A stretch of DNA of 64,000 nt, from the NCBI GenBank assembly GCA_041390145.1, contig JAWKQM010000005.1:149901-213900 (forward strand). Reading direction: 5' to 3'. Source of the stretch: Gemmatimonadales bacterium (GTDB lineage: Bacteria > Gemmatimonadota > Gemmatimonadetes > Gemmatimonadales > GWC2-71-9). Below are positions 53,263 to 64,000 of this stretch, piece by piece. The translations under genes and the position numbers were made by a program. Positions within the stretch are counted from its first letter, which is position 1; each line of letters opens with the position of its first letter. The notes under the pieces are model-generated. The model was not told the DNA's origin, did not search any database, and saw only the letters and a list, made by a program, of their open reading frames with translations.

Positions 53263-54692
53263 ACGCGTACCTCTGCGGCGTCAGGAGTCACGGCCAGCGG
53301 GCGCGCCCGCTCGGCCAATGGTGCGGCGTATTCCTCGAGAAACTCGGCGACCTGCTCGCGTGCGCGCCCGGTGTACCGGGACGGCTCGAGCTCCGCCGTG
53401 AGGGCCGCCGCCGGGATGCCGGCGAAGGCGGCATCGGCGGCGAGCCGGTCCATGAGACGGTTCGGCTCGCCTCGGGCGACTTCGGCGGCCACCGTCATGC
53501 TGTGGCGGCGCACCACCTCGTGCAGGGCCTGGCGGTCGCCGCCCGCGGACCCCGAGCATCAGCCACCGCTCGGTGGCCATGAACGGCATCTGCGTCGCGA
53601 CATGCCGGCGGATGACCTCGGGGCGCACCTCGAGCCCGCCGGCAATGTTCGCCGCCAGGATCAGGATCGCGTCCGTCGCGAGGAACGCCTCGGGCAGGGT
53701 GAGGCGCCGGTTGGCGCTGTCGTCGAGGGTCCGTTCCAGCCACTGCGTGGCCGCCGTCTGTGCGGTGTTGGCCTGGAGCGACGTCACGAACCTCGCGAGC
53801 CCGCTGATCCGCTCGGCCCGCATCGGGTTCCGCTTGTACGCCATGGCGCTGGAGCCGATCTGCTCGGACTCGAACGGTTCCAGCAGCTCGCCTTCGTGCT
53901 GCAGCAGCCGCAGGTCGCCCGCCATCTTGGAGGCCGACTGCGCCACGCCGGAGAGCAGGTCGAGCACGGTGCTGTCGGCCTTCCGGGTGTAGGTCTGCCC
54001 GGTGACCGCCCACGTGCGGTCGAACCCGAGGCGCCGGGCCACCAGGCGGTCGAGCTCGCGGACTTTCGCGTGGTCCCCGCGGAAGAGCTCCAGGAAGGAG
54101 GCCTGCGTGCCGGTGGTGCCCTTGCACCCGCGGAGGCGCATTCCCTCGATGCGGTGGCAGAGGTCCTCGACGTCCGCGCCGAAATCCTGCATCCAGAGGG
54201 TGGCCCGCTTGCCGACCGTGGTGAGCTGCGCCGGCTGGAAATGGGTGTAGGCCAGGCAGGGCTCGGCGGCGTGCTGCGCGGCGAACCCGCCGAGCGCGTC
54301 GAGCACGGACAGGAGGCGCCCCAGCACGAGGCGGAGGCCTTCCCGGATCACCAGCAGGTCGGCGTTGTCTGTCACGAACGCGCTGGTCGCCCCGAGGTGC
54401 AGGAAGGGGCGCGCGGCGGGGGCCTGGTCGCCGAAGTGGTGCACGTGGGCCATCACGTCGTGCCGGAAGCGCCGCTCGTACTCCGCGGCGGTCGCGAGGT
54501 CGGCGTCGTCGAGGTGGGCGCGCATCTCCGTCAGCGCCGCCTCCGGGATGTCGAGCCCGAGTTCGCGTTCCGACTCCGCGAGCGCCAGCCAGACCCGGCG
54601 CCAGAGGCGGATGCGGTGCGGCTCGCCCCACAGGCGCTGCATGGCGGGCGATGCGTAACGGGTCCCGAGGGGGGAGCGCCAGCGGTCGTCGG

Positions 54693-54696
<4 letters not shown>
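53259..54696 (-). pseudogene. purB: Adenylosuccinate lyase, interrupted by a +1-nt frameshift at about 53542-53548 (true lesion or assembly indel)
   Basis: The 5' part SPLGTRYASPAM...GSSAMAYKRNP (fumarate-lyase signature)...MATERWLMLGV is in one frame. The natural continuation AGGDRQALHEVVRRHSMTVAAEV...EPSRYTGRAREQV is in the next frame (ORF 53259-53516). Confidence 0.85.
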
Positions 54697-56089
<1,393 letters not shown>

Positions 56090-56093
<4 letters not shown>

Positions 56094-56875
56094 GCGGCAT
56101 CCCCGGGGTGGTCAGCGAATGCCTCCGCCGCGTACTCGGCGGAGACGAAATACAATCCTTCGGGCGGCGCGGGCGGGCTGGTGTCGGCGTTGTCCTCCCG
56201 CGCCAGCAGGGCGGTCATGTCTTCGACCGGTCGCCGATCGAGTCCGATGTCCACCATGGTCCCGACGAGCATCCGCACCATGTGGTGCAGGAAGCGGTCG
56301 GCGGCCACGTGAAAGGTGAACCCCTGGCCCGCGTCCCGTGCCTGCCATTCGGCGCGCCGCAGCGTGCTGCGGTAGTGCGGCTTCGGTTCGCCCTTCACCG
56401 CGAAGGCACGGAAGCTGTGCTCCCCGAGCAGCGTCGCGGCCGCCTTATGGAGCCGTCCGGCGTCGAGTTCGCGCCCCAGCGCCCATTCGTACGGGCGCCG
56501 GAAGGGAGACATCGATGCGGGATCCACTCCCACCACATACCGGTACTCGCGACCACGTGCGCTCTTCCGCGCGTGGAACCCCGGCTGCATCAGCCGGACC
56601 CGTTCCACCCAGCAATCGCGTGGGAGCAGCGCATTGAGCGCGCGCCGGACCGTCTCCGGCTCCCACTTGGCCGGGAGGGCGAAGCTGACCCCCATGCCCT
56701 CGGAGTGGACGCCGGCGTCCGTTCGCCCGGCGCCATGGGCCACGACCCGGCGCCCAGCGAGCCGCTCGAGCACCGCCTCCACTTCCGCCTGGACCGTACG
56801 GCCGGTCGCCTGCCGTTGCCAGCCGAGAAAGCGGCCGCCATCAAAGTGCAACACGGCAAGAAAAGTCCGGCTCAT
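56090..56875 (-). CDS. truA: tRNA pseudouridine(38-40) synthase
   Basis: Y.G..F.GWQRQ...TVQ..E..L.......V..AGRTDAGVH and RF.HHMVR..VG. Confidence 0.9.
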
Positions 56876-56926
56876 CGGGGCGAAATCTAGCCCGTTTGGC
56901 GGGCCTCCTGCAAGACACGCAAATGC

Positions 56927-56992
56927 TTGTCAGAATTGACAAAAGGCCCTGTTGGCCACTACCATTTTCTTGCACTCGTGCGGCCCTGTTGG
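56927..56992. promoter_or_regulatory. truA/trpD divergent control region: palindrome TTGTCAgaatTGACAA plus two GGCCCTGTTGG direct repeats
   Basis: TTGTCA/TGACAA form a perfect inverted repeat at 56927-56942 and contain a consensus TTGACA (56936-56941). GGCCCTGTTGG occurs at 56945-56955 and 56982-56992. Confidence 0.35.
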
Positions 56993-57001
56993 GGTCGCTG
57001 A

Positions 57002-58081
57002 ATGTTCCCCCGATCCCCACCCCCAATGCCCAACGTCGCGCCGCCCCTCGCCGAGGCCCTCCGGCTGCTCTCCATTGGCCGTTCGCTCACGGCGTCCCAG
57101 TCTGCCGCGGCGTTTGCCGTGCTCGTCGCCGGCGAGGCCGCAGACGGCGATGCCGCCTCGCTCCTGATGGGGCTGAAGCGCAAGGGAGAAACCGCGGATG
57201 AGATTGCCGGGGCGGCATTGGTGCTGCGCGAGGCGATGATCCCGCTGATCGTGCCCGACCGTGACGATCTGGTGGACACCTGTGGCACGGGCGGCGGACT
57301 CGTCGGCACCCTCAACATCTCGACCGCCGCTGCCATCCTGGCCGTCGGGGCAGGGGTTCGCGTGGCCAAACATGGGAACCGGAGCCATACCTCCCGGTCC
57401 GGTTCGGCCGATGTGCTCGAGGCGCTTGGGGTGGCGGTTGAATTGCGGCCCCCTGTCGCCGCGAAGGCGCTCGAAACCTCCGGCTTCACCTTCATGTACG
57501 CGCCCCAGTACCACCCCGCGATGCGTCATGTCGCCGGGGTGCGGCGTCAGCTCGGCGTGGCCACTATGATGAACCTGCTCGGGCCGCTCGCCAACCCGGC
57601 GGGCGTGGGGCGCCAGGTGGTTGGCGTGGCCGAGCGGCGTGTCGCGCCGCTGCTCGCCGACGCGCTCCGGCGCCTCGGCACCCGGCACGCCATGGTGGTG
57701 CATGCCGAGGTCGGGATGGATGAGATCAGCCCGATGGGGGCGACGGAAGTCTGGGAGGTGCGGGGGAGCGCGGTGCGCGAATGGCTGATCGAACCGGCTG
57801 AGTTCGGTCTGGAGGTATCTGACCTGACCCCCTTGGCCGGCGGGGAACCGGACGAGAATGCCAACCGCATTGAACGACTGCTCGAGGGGGCGGATGCCGA
57901 CCACGCGGCGCGCTCGGCGCTGGTGCTCAACGCCGGGGCGGCACTCTATGTGGCGGGGGTGTCAGCAGAGTTTCCGAAGGCTGTTGATCTCGCTCGGCGG
58001 GCCCTGACGGCGGGGACAGGGCGAGACGCCCTCTCGCGCATTCGTGCCGCCGTTTCGTGCGACCCAGCGGAGGCCGCCTAG
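57002..58081 (+). CDS. trpD: Anthranilate phosphoribosyltransferase
   Basis: DTCGTGGG...NIST.AA...A..G..VAKHGNRS.TS.SGSAD.LEALG. The start could be 57002 or the ATG at 57026. Confidence 0.92.
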   Translation: MFPRSPPPMPNVAPPLAEALRLLSIGRSLTASQSAAAFAVLVAGEAADGDAASLLMGLKRKGETADEIAGAALVLREAMIPLIVPDRDDLVDTCGTGGGLVGTLNISTAAAILAVGAGVRVAKHGNRSHTSRSGSADVLEALGVAVELRPPVAAKALETSGFTFMYAPQYHPAMRHVAGVRRQLGVATMMNLLGPLANPAGVGRQVVGVAERRVAPLLADALRRLGTRHAMVVHAEVGMDEISPMGATEVWEVRGSAVREWLIEPAEFGLEVSDLTPLAGGEPDENANRIERLLEGADADHAARSALVLNAGAALYVAGVSAEFPKAVDLARRALTAGTGRDALSRIRAAVSCDPAEAA

Positions 58082-58686
58082 TACTTGCGAATGACGCCCA
58101 CGACGACGCCTTGGATCAGCACGTCGCGTTCCTGAAAGCGCATCGGCGCCATCGTCTCGTTGGCCGGCTGCAGTCGGATCCACCCGCCGGCCTCGCGATA
58201 GAACTTCTTGACGGTGGCCTCGGCGCCGTTGATGAGCGCGATGACCATTTCGCCATTTTCGGCCGACTGCTTCCCGTGGACCACGACATAGTCGCCGTCG
58301 ATGATGTGGGCCTCGACCATGGAATCGCCCCGGACCTGGAGGGCGTAATTCGGGCCGCGGGCAGGGAGCATCTCGTTCGGCACCGCCAGTGTTTCGCTGT
58401 GCATGACCGATTCGATCGGGGTGCCCGCCGCGACCCGGCCGAGCACCGGGATTTCCGAGGCGACCGCCGTCCCCTTGGGGGGTAACACCTCGATGGATCG
58501 GCTCTCGTTGTAGGCGCGCCGGATGTACCCCTTTCGTTCCAGGTTGGTCAGGTGCTCATGCACCGTGGCCAGGGACTGGAACCCGAAGTGTTCCGCGATT
58601 TCCTCGAAGCTCGGCGCGTAGCCGTTGTCCGCAATCTGGGATTGCAGGTAGGAAAGAATGTCGCTTTGTCGGCGCGTGAGCGGCAT
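58078..58686 (-). CDS. lexA: LexA repressor
   Basis: MPLTRRQSDILSYL wHTH N-terminus, the Ala-Gly cleavage site (VAAG), and the S24 peptidase core VRGDSM...G...VV...NGE..VA.......T.K. Confidence 0.92.
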   Translation of the reverse strand: MPLTRRQSDILSYLQSQIADNGYAPSFEEIAEHFGFQSLATVHEHLTNLERKGYIRRAYNESRSIEVLPPKGTAVASEIPVLGRVAAGTPIESVMHSETLAVPNEMLPARGPNYALQVRGDSMVEAHIIDGDYVVVHGKQSAENGEMVIALINGAEATVKKFYREAGGWIRLQPANETMAPMRFQERDVLIQGVVVGVIRKY

Positions 58687-58725
58687 GACCGTCCTCCGAG
58701 CGAGTGACCGAAGAGAGCCCGAATC

Positions 58726-58754
58726 AAGGTACCCGAACACGAACCGAAGGTCAA
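58726..58754 (-). promoter_or_regulatory. Candidate lexA promoter (TTGACC-17 nt-TACCTT) with a GTTCGTGTTC direct repeat in the spacer (possible operator)
   Basis: On the lexA sense strand: caccTTGACCttcgGTTCgtGTTCgggTACCTTgatt, then GGAGGA and ATG. Pattern recognition only. Confidence 0.3.
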
Positions 58755-58755
58755 G

Positions 58756-59544
58756 GTGACGTCAACACTCGACCGCATTCTGGATGGAGTTCGGGCCGGC
58801 CTGCCCGCCCTGGCCAGCCGGCGAGAGGCCCTGGAGCAAGCCGCACGGCGTGCGCCTCCCGCTCCCGACTTCAAGGCGGCACTGCGTCGGCCGGAAGTCG
58901 CGGTCATCGCCGAATTGAAGCGCAAATCACCCTCCGCGGGGCTCCTCGCACCGAGGCTGGATTCGGCCGCGCGTGCCCGGACCTATGAAGCGGGGGGCGC
59001 CGCGGCGTTGTCGGTCCTCACCGAGGCGGACCACTTTGGCGGGTCGCTCTCCGACCTCGAGGGGGTCGCGGCGGTCGTGACGGTCCCGCTCATCCGGAAG
59101 GACTTCATCCTTCATGAATTGCAGGTCATCGAGGCGCGCGCGTCGGGTGCGGCGGCCGTGCTGCTGATCGTCCGTGCCCTCGATCCGTCGGCCCTCCGGG
59201 ACCTCCTGGCCGCCGCCCGCCGTTGGGGGATGGAAGCCCTGGTCGAAACGCACGACGAGCGCGAAGTGGATCTCGCGCTCGCCGCCGGCGCGACGGTCAT
59301 TGGCGTGAACAGCCGGGATCTCGGCGATTTCACGATCAACGCGAAGGCGGCCTGGGCGTTACTGCGCCAGCTCCCGAGTGACATCGTCGCCGTGGCGGAG
59401 AGCGGGATGAAAGACGTTGCTGCGGTCGAGGCGGCGGCCGCCGCGGGGGCGGACGCGGTGCTCGTGGGTTCGGCGCTCTCGGTGGCGGACGATCCGGGGC
59501 CCCTGCTGGCCGGAATGGCCGCGGTCCCACGCCATGGGCGTTGA
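58756..59544 (+). CDS. trpC: Indole-3-glycerol phosphate synthase
   Basis: VIAE.KR.SPS.G........A..Y..GGA.A.SVLT....F.GS...L...IRKDFI...Q..EA...GA.A.LLI...GVN.RDL. Confidence 0.93.
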   Translation: MTSTLDRILDGVRAGLPALASRREALEQAARRAPPAPDFKAALRRPEVAVIAELKRKSPSAGLLAPRLDSAARARTYEAGGAAALSVLTEADHFGGSLSDLEGVAAVVTVPLIRKDFILHELQVIEARASGAAAVLLIVRALDPSALRDLLAAARRWGMEALVETHDEREVDLALAAGATVIGVNSRDLGDFTINAKAAWALLRQLPSDIVAVAESGMKDVAAVEAAAAAGADAVLVGSALSVADDPGPLLAGMAAVPRHGR

Positions 59545-60178
59545 GGCCAAGGTCTGTGGGCTCACCAGGCCGGGCGACGCGGCGGTGGCCGTGGAGGCGG
59601 GTGCCTCTTACCTTGGAGTGGTATTCGCCGGTGGTCCACGGGTGGTGACCGTGGCCGTGGCCTCGGAGATCGTGGCGGCCGCCTCCGGGTGCCCGGTGTT
59701 CGGCGTGTTCGGGCGGCATTCCGCGGAGGAGATTCTCCGCTGCCGTGACGCCGCCGGTTTGGCCGGGGCGCAACTGCACGGGGCGTTCGATCACCGCCTG
59801 GCGGCGCGGTTGCGGGCGAACGGTCTCGCCGTGTGGGCGGTCGCCCGCCTCACCGCTCCCGACGAGTGCGGCGGGCTCACCGACCTGGCCGCCGGCTCGG
59901 ACGCGGTGCTCGTCGAGCCGCGGGTGGCGGGGGCCGAGGGGGGCGCCGGAGTGCCCCTCGCGCTCGACCTGGGTCGTCGGGCGCGCGCGGCGCTCCGCGG
60001 GCAGCGAATGGTGCTGGCTGGCGGGTTGCGGCCCGAGTCGGTGGCGGCCGCCATCGACGCGGTGGGCCCGGATGTGGTCGATGTCAGCAGCGGTGTCGAG
60101 ATGAGTCCGGGGCGCAAGGACCCGGCGGCCGTTCGGCTCTTCCTGGAGGCGGTGCGTGGCGACCAGCCTTTCCCCTGA
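59534..60178 (+). CDS. trpF: Phosphoribosylanthranilate isomerase
   Basis: [11 protein letters not shown]...GA.YLG.VF...PR......QLHG...LAGGL.PE.V. ATG 59534 overlaps the end of trpC. Confidence 0.85.
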   Translation: MGVEAKVCGLTRPGDAAVAVEAGASYLGVVFAGGPRVVTVAVASEIVAAASGCPVFGVFGRHSAEEILRCRDAAGLAGAQLHGAFDHRLAARLRANGLAVWAVARLTAPDECGGLTDLAAGSDAVLVEPRVAGAEGGAGVPLALDLGRRARAALRGQRMVLAGGLRPESVAAAIDAVGPDVVDVSSGVEMSPGRKDPAAVRLFLEAVRGDQPFP

Positions 60179-61358
60179 ACGCGGCAGCAATGGACGATTC
60201 GGTCCCTACGGCGGCCGGTACGTCCCGGAGACCCTGCTCGCCGCGCTCGAGGAGCTCGCGGCGCTGTACGACGGCGTCCGGGGCGAGGACGCGTTCTGGG
60301 AAGAGTTGGGCGGCATCCTCCGCGACTACGTGGGTCGGCCCACACCGCTGACCGAGGCGCCCCGCCTCAGCGCTGAGGTTGGCGCCCGGGTGCTTCTGAA
60401 GCGCGAAGACCTGAACCATACCGGTGCGCACAAGATCAACAACACGGTGGGCCAGGCCCTCCTCGCGCAGCGCATGGGCAAGCGGCGGATCATCGCCGAG
60501 ACCGGTGCCGGGCAGCACGGCGTGGCCACCGCGACGATCTGCGCGCGGCTCGGGATGGAGTGCGTGGTGTATATGGGCGCCGAGGATGTGGCGCGGCAGG
60601 CGCTCAACGTGTACCGGATGCGCCTGCTCGGGGCGACCGTGGTCCCGGTCGAATCCGGCACGCGAACCCTCAAGGACGCCACGAATGAGGCGTTGCGCGA
60701 TTGGGTGGCGAATGTCCCGAGTACCCATTACATCATCGGCTCGGTCGTCGGGCCTGATCCCTATCCGCGGATGGTGCGGGACTTCCAGTCGGTCATCGGG
60801 CGGGAGGCCAGGAGGCAGGTGCTCGAGCGGACCGGTCGCCTGCCGCGCACCGTCGTGGCGTGCGTCGGCGGCGGGTCGAACGCGATCGGGATCTTCACCG
60901 CCTTCCTCGATGACGGCGAGGTGGAGTTGGTCGGCGTCGAGGCCGCGGGGGATGGGCTGGCGACCGGCCGCCACAGCGCCACGCTGCACGCGGGGCGCCC
61001 CGGTGTGCTCCACGGCACGCTCAGCTATCTCCTGCAGGACGCCGATGGGCAGGTCGCGCCGGCCCACTCGGTGAGTGCGGGTCTGGACTACCCCGGAGTA
61101 GGGCCGGAGCATGCCTGGCTCCGGGACACTGACCGGGTCGAGTATCACGCGGTGGATGATGGCGCGGCGCTGGACGGGTTCGCGCGTCTGGCCCGCCTCG
61201 AGGGGATCATTCCGGCGCTGGAGACCGCGCACGCTGTGGCCTGGCTCTCGGCGGAGCGTGGGCGATGGCAGGCGGACATGCCTGTCCTGCTCTGTCTCAG
61301 CGGTCGTGGTGACAAGGATGTGGCGCATGTGGCGGCACTAACGGGAGAGGTGCGTTGA
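60156..61358 (+). CDS. trpB: Tryptophan synthase beta chain
   Basis: [15 protein letters not shown]...[14 protein letters not shown] (PLP-lysine motif)...[10 protein letters not shown]...GGGSNAIG...CLSGRGDKD. Confidence 0.96.
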   Translation: MATSLSPERGSNGRFGPYGGRYVPETLLAALEELAALYDGVRGEDAFWEELGGILRDYVGRPTPLTEAPRLSAEVGARVLLKREDLNHTGAHKINNTVGQALLAQRMGKRRIIAETGAGQHGVATATICARLGMECVVYMGAEDVARQALNVYRMRLLGATVVPVESGTRTLKDATNEALRDWVANVPSTHYIIGSVVGPDPYPRMVRDFQSVIGREARRQVLERTGRLPRTVVACVGGGSNAIGIFTAFLDDGEVELVGVEAAGDGLATGRHSATLHAGRPGVLHGTLSYLLQDADGQVAPAHSVSAGLDYPGVGPEHAWLRDTDRVEYHAVDDGAALDGFARLARLEGIIPALETAHAVAWLSAERGRWQADMPVLLCLSGRGDKDVAHVAALTGEVR

Positions 61359-63133
61359 CCGAACCGGGTGTGGAGTTCGAGCAGGTACTGCCGCCGGAAC
61401 AGGTGGAGGAACTCCTGCGGACGCTGGTCAAGGCGTCGCGGGCCTTCCAGATGTACCTGCCGAACAACCCGATGTTTCACCGCGCGGCCAAGAACCTTGA
61501 GACCGCGTTCGACCCCGTCTGGTCGGCCATCGACGAACTCATCCTGACGGTCCACGAGACCGATTTTGTCTGGGAAGGGACGGTCGTGTACCACCAGCTG
61601 AGCAAGTCGGACAGCCTGGCCTGGACGCTCTACAAGGACGGGCTCCGGGTGCTGACCCTGCGCAAGGGTGTGGAGATCGAGGAGCTTCCCCGGCTGCTGC
61701 GCGTGGTGAACAAGGTCCGAGGCCTGGCGCCGGACGCGACCGACGACCTCTTCACGCTGCTCTGGGCTGAGGAGTTCCAGTTCGTCGACGTGCGCTTCGC
61801 GGAGTTCGTCCAGGACTACGGCACCGGCGAACTGGTTCCCGGCGCCCAGTACTCGGCGGGCACCATCTATGCCGACGAAGTGCGGAGCGACTTGGCGGGG
61901 ACGGAGGCCGGTGAGGGGGTCGGCGGCGTCGCGGCTCCGGGGGAGACGGTGGGCGAAGGGGAGGAGTCCGGCGAGGCGGGCGGCGCGGCTGACGCCGTGG
62001 AACGGCCGAAGGGCGTCGTCGACATCGACGAGTTTGACTCGACGCTCTACTTCCTCGACGCCGCCGAAGTCGACATGCTGACCGCCGACCTGAACCTCGA
62101 GTACTCGCGGGATCTGCGCGATGCGTCGCTCGCCGCGCTCTATGACCTGTTCGAGTCGCAGCCGGAGCCGGAAATTCGCGAGGAGATCATCGGCGTGCTC
62201 GAGGCGCTCTTCCCCAGCATGCTCAACGCCGGCGAGTTTCGCGCCAGCGCCGCGGTGCTGCGGGAGACCAGGGTCCTGGTGGATCGTTCACCCGAGCTCG
62301 TGGCTGTGCACAAGGACCGGCTGGTCCAGTTCGTCGACCAGCTCAGCGAGCCTGCCATCGTCAGCCAGCTCATGCAGGCGCTCGATGAGGGCACCGGTCG
62401 GCCGAGTGACGGCGACATCGCCGAACTGCTTCGGGAGTTGCGCCCGCGTGCCCTCTCCACCCTCGTGGAATGGACCCCCCGCCTGACCTCCGCCCCGGTG
62501 CGGGCCCTGGTGGAAGAAGCGGTCCAGCAGCTGGCGTCCGCCCACCAGGGCGAACTGTTGCGGCTGCTCCGCTCCGGCGATCCCGAGGCCCTTCCGGGCG
62601 CGATCGAACTGGCGGGCCGCCTGAAGCTGGAGGGCGCCGTCGCCGGCCTGGGCGAGGTGATGAGCACTCCGGATGCCACGTTGCGCCTGGCGGCGACCGA
62701 GGCACTGGTGCAGATCGGCACCCCCGGCGCCCTCGTGCTGCTCGAGCGCGGGATTGGCGACGACGACCGGGCGGTGCGGGTCGCCGCGCTGAAGGCCCTC
62801 AGCGCCCGCGGCTACCGGGGCGCACTCCGGCGCGTGGAGGAAGTGGTGAACGGCAAGGGCCGCAAGGACCTCGACTTCAACGAGCGCCGGGCCTTCTTCG
62901 AAGCCTATGGCGCCATTGCAGGAGCGGGGGGGCTCGCGACGCTTCGCGACCTCATCGTGCGGCGCGGGTTCTTTCGCCGGAAGCAGAGCGCCGATGTGCG
63001 GATGTGCGCGGCGCTGGGGCTGGGCAAGATCGGCACCCCGGAGGCGCGGGCGGTGCTCGAATCCGTGGCGGAGGACAACGACCGGCAGGTGCGCAACGCC
63101 GTGACCGCGGCACTCCGGGGGGTGGCGGAATGA
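61355..63133 (+). CDS. HEAT-repeat protein with a conserved N-terminal domain and an acidic Gly/Glu linker
   Basis: C-terminal PBS-lyase/HEAT-like repeats (D..VR.AA..AL..IG....LE....D.D..VR.AA..AL...). The TTG/GTG start overlaps the trpB stop. Its N-terminal ~100 aa align with the N-terminus of the next gene. Confidence 0.65.
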   Translation: MTEPGVEFEQVLPPEQVEELLRTLVKASRAFQMYLPNNPMFHRAAKNLETAFDPVWSAIDELILTVHETDFVWEGTVVYHQLSKSDSLAWTLYKDGLRVLTLRKGVEIEELPRLLRVVNKVRGLAPDATDDLFTLLWAEEFQFVDVRFAEFVQDYGTGELVPGAQYSAGTIYADEVRSDLAGTEAGEGVGGVAAPGETVGEGEESGEAGGAADAVERPKGVVDIDEFDSTLYFLDAAEVDMLTADLNLEYSRDLRDASLAALYDLFESQPEPEIREEIIGVLEALFPSMLNAGEFRASAAVLRETRVLVDRSPELVAVHKDRLVQFVDQLSEPAIVSQLMQALDEGTGRPSDGDIAELLRELRPRALSTLVEWTPRLTSAPVRALVEEAVQQLASAHQGELLRLLRSGDPEALPGAIELAGRLKLEGAVAGLGEVMSTPDATLRLAATEALVQIGTPGALVLLERGIGDDDRAVRVAALKALSARGYRGALRRVEEVVNGKGRKDLDFNERRAFFEAYGAIAGAGGLATLRDLIVRRGFFRRKQSADVRMCAALGLGKIGTPEARAVLESVAEDNDRQVRNAVTAALRGVAE

Positions 63134-64000
63134 GCCAGGACCCGCACGCCGCCGACCACAACCTGCGGCACGATGGCCGCGGGCTCCTGCTCTCGCTTTA
63201 CGCGGCGTTGCGGAGCCTCAAGCTCTATCCGCTCGAGAACACGACGGTCCAGAAGGCGCTCGACGACCTCCTCGCGTCGGGTGAACAACTCCTCGGCGAA
63301 GACGAGGACGTGGAAATCCGCGCCTCGGGCGACTTCCTCTTTGTCAACGACACCCGGCTCCGCCTGGAGCTCGACAACTACGCCTCGTTCAGCCAGGTGC
63401 TCGGCCTGCTGCGCACCTTCGAGGTCGGGACGCTGCGGATTGTGCGCGGCGTCGAGCGCCGTGAGTGGCAGGCGCTGCTCAGCGTCTTCCTCAGCCTCGG
63501 CACCCGCGACGTGGCCGGGAGCCGGTTCGCGGAGCTGATTGCGCGCCTCGAACGGGCAAACATCCGGCACATCCAGCTGGAGCCGCTCAGCGCCGTGGAG
63601 GAAGAGGAAGACTCCGCCGAGGCGCGCGAGGTCGCGAAGCGGACCTACGCGCAGGGCGTCGCGGTCACCAAGGATGTCGTCAACAGCGTCCGGATGGGGC
63701 GCACCGCCAACCTGAAGAAGGTGAAGCGCGCCGTGCAGCTCGTGGTGGACCAGGTCCTGAACAACGAGACCTCCATCGTCGGCCTCACCACGATCCGCGA
63801 CTACGACGAGTACACCTTCACGCATTCCGTGAACGTCTGCATCTTCTCGGTGGCCCTGGGCAAGAAACTCGGTCTTGGCAAGCTGCAGCTGTACGATCTC
63901 GGGCTCGCGGCGCTCCTGCACGACATCGGCAAGGCGCGCATCTCCCTCGACATCCTGAACAAGACCACCAGCCTCGATGAGGACGAGTGGCGGGTGATGA
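63130..64000 (+). CDS. HD-domain (HD-GYP-type) phosphohydrolase, N-terminal part (3' end lies outside the window)
   Basis: Not in the ORF track because no stop falls in the window. ATG 63130 overlaps the upstream stop (ATGA). My translation gives MSQDPH...LYPLENTTVQKALDDL... then ...YTFTHSVNVCIFSVALG..LG......LGLAALLHDIGK, typical of the start of an HD/HD-GYP domain. Confidence 0.65.
   Translation, partial: MSQDPHAADHNLRHDGRGLLLSLYAALRSLKLYPLENTTVQKALDDLLASGEQLLGEDEDVEIRASGDFLFVNDTRLRLELDNYASFSQVLGLLRTFEVGTLRIVRGVERREWQALLSVFLSLGTRDVAGSRFAELIARLERANIRHIQLEPLSAVEEEEDSAEAREVAKRTYAQGVAVTKDVVNSVRMGRTANLKKVKRAVQLVVDQVLNNETSIVGLTTIRDYDEYTFTHSVNVCIFSVALGKKLGLGKLQLYDLGLAALLHDIGKARISLDILNKTTSLDEDEWRVM

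Noticed and set aside
56876-57030. Trp-codon leader peptide or attenuator upstream of trpD
   Set aside because: There is no short ORF with tandem Trp codons and no alternative terminator/antiterminator hairpins.

Overview
This is a high-GC, densely packed chromosomal segment from a Gram-negative-type bacterium. The mreBCD-mrdA-rodA cluster, an outer-membrane barrel, a probable lipoprotein and a tmRNA support that. The gene content and repeat style suggest Gemmatimonadota or a similar phylum, but that is only a guess.

Almost everything is core housekeeping:
- **Start of window:** the end of rpsA, then a split acyl-CoA carboxylase set (carboxyltransferase, biotin carboxylase, biotin-carrier protein).
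- **Translation, isoprenoid and envelope block:** rplM-rpsI, rpsB-tsf-pyrH-frr-uppS-cdsA-dxr-rseP, rpsO-pnp, an M16 peptidase, ald, dut and mreB-mreC-mreD-mrdA-rodA.
- **Mixed biosynthesis and signalling:** accD, folC, hisS, proS, lysA, guaA, ptsN, then a translationally coupled dusB-like/larB-like/GGDEF trio.
- **tmRNA neighbourhood:** a lipoprotein and outer-membrane barrel pair, ssrA (tmRNA, tag ANDNLALAA) and an arylsulfatase.
- **Minus-strand chain:** 13 overlapping genes, truA-htrA-purB-purC-psd-pssA-purS-purQ-(Zn-ribbon)-purL-purF-ppdK-purE.
- **End of window:** trpD / lexA (opposite strand) / trpC-trpF-trpB, then a HEAT-repeat protein overlapping the start of an HD(-GYP-type) protein that runs off the window.

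I found no CRISPR array, integrase, transposase, toxin-antitoxin pair or recognisable defence island, so I cannot point to a convincing novel system.

The observations most worth a second look are:
1. A dispersed family of tandem octamer arrays (GCTKCCCC / GGGGCAGS) at six loci. They are G-quadruplex-capable, and one array sits in-frame inside a CDS.
2. A second family of long hairpins whose arms are tandem CACGAAG-type octamers.
3. Indel lesions in conserved genes: single shifts in ald and purB, apparently compensated shifts in mreC, and a mosaic of three reading frames in the last ~330 bp of the arylsulfatase gene. These are probably assembly errors, but they need checking against reads.
4. 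The HEAT / HD-GYP pair, whose two proteins share an N-terminal domain.

All product calls come from motif and family recognition by eye. No database search was possible.
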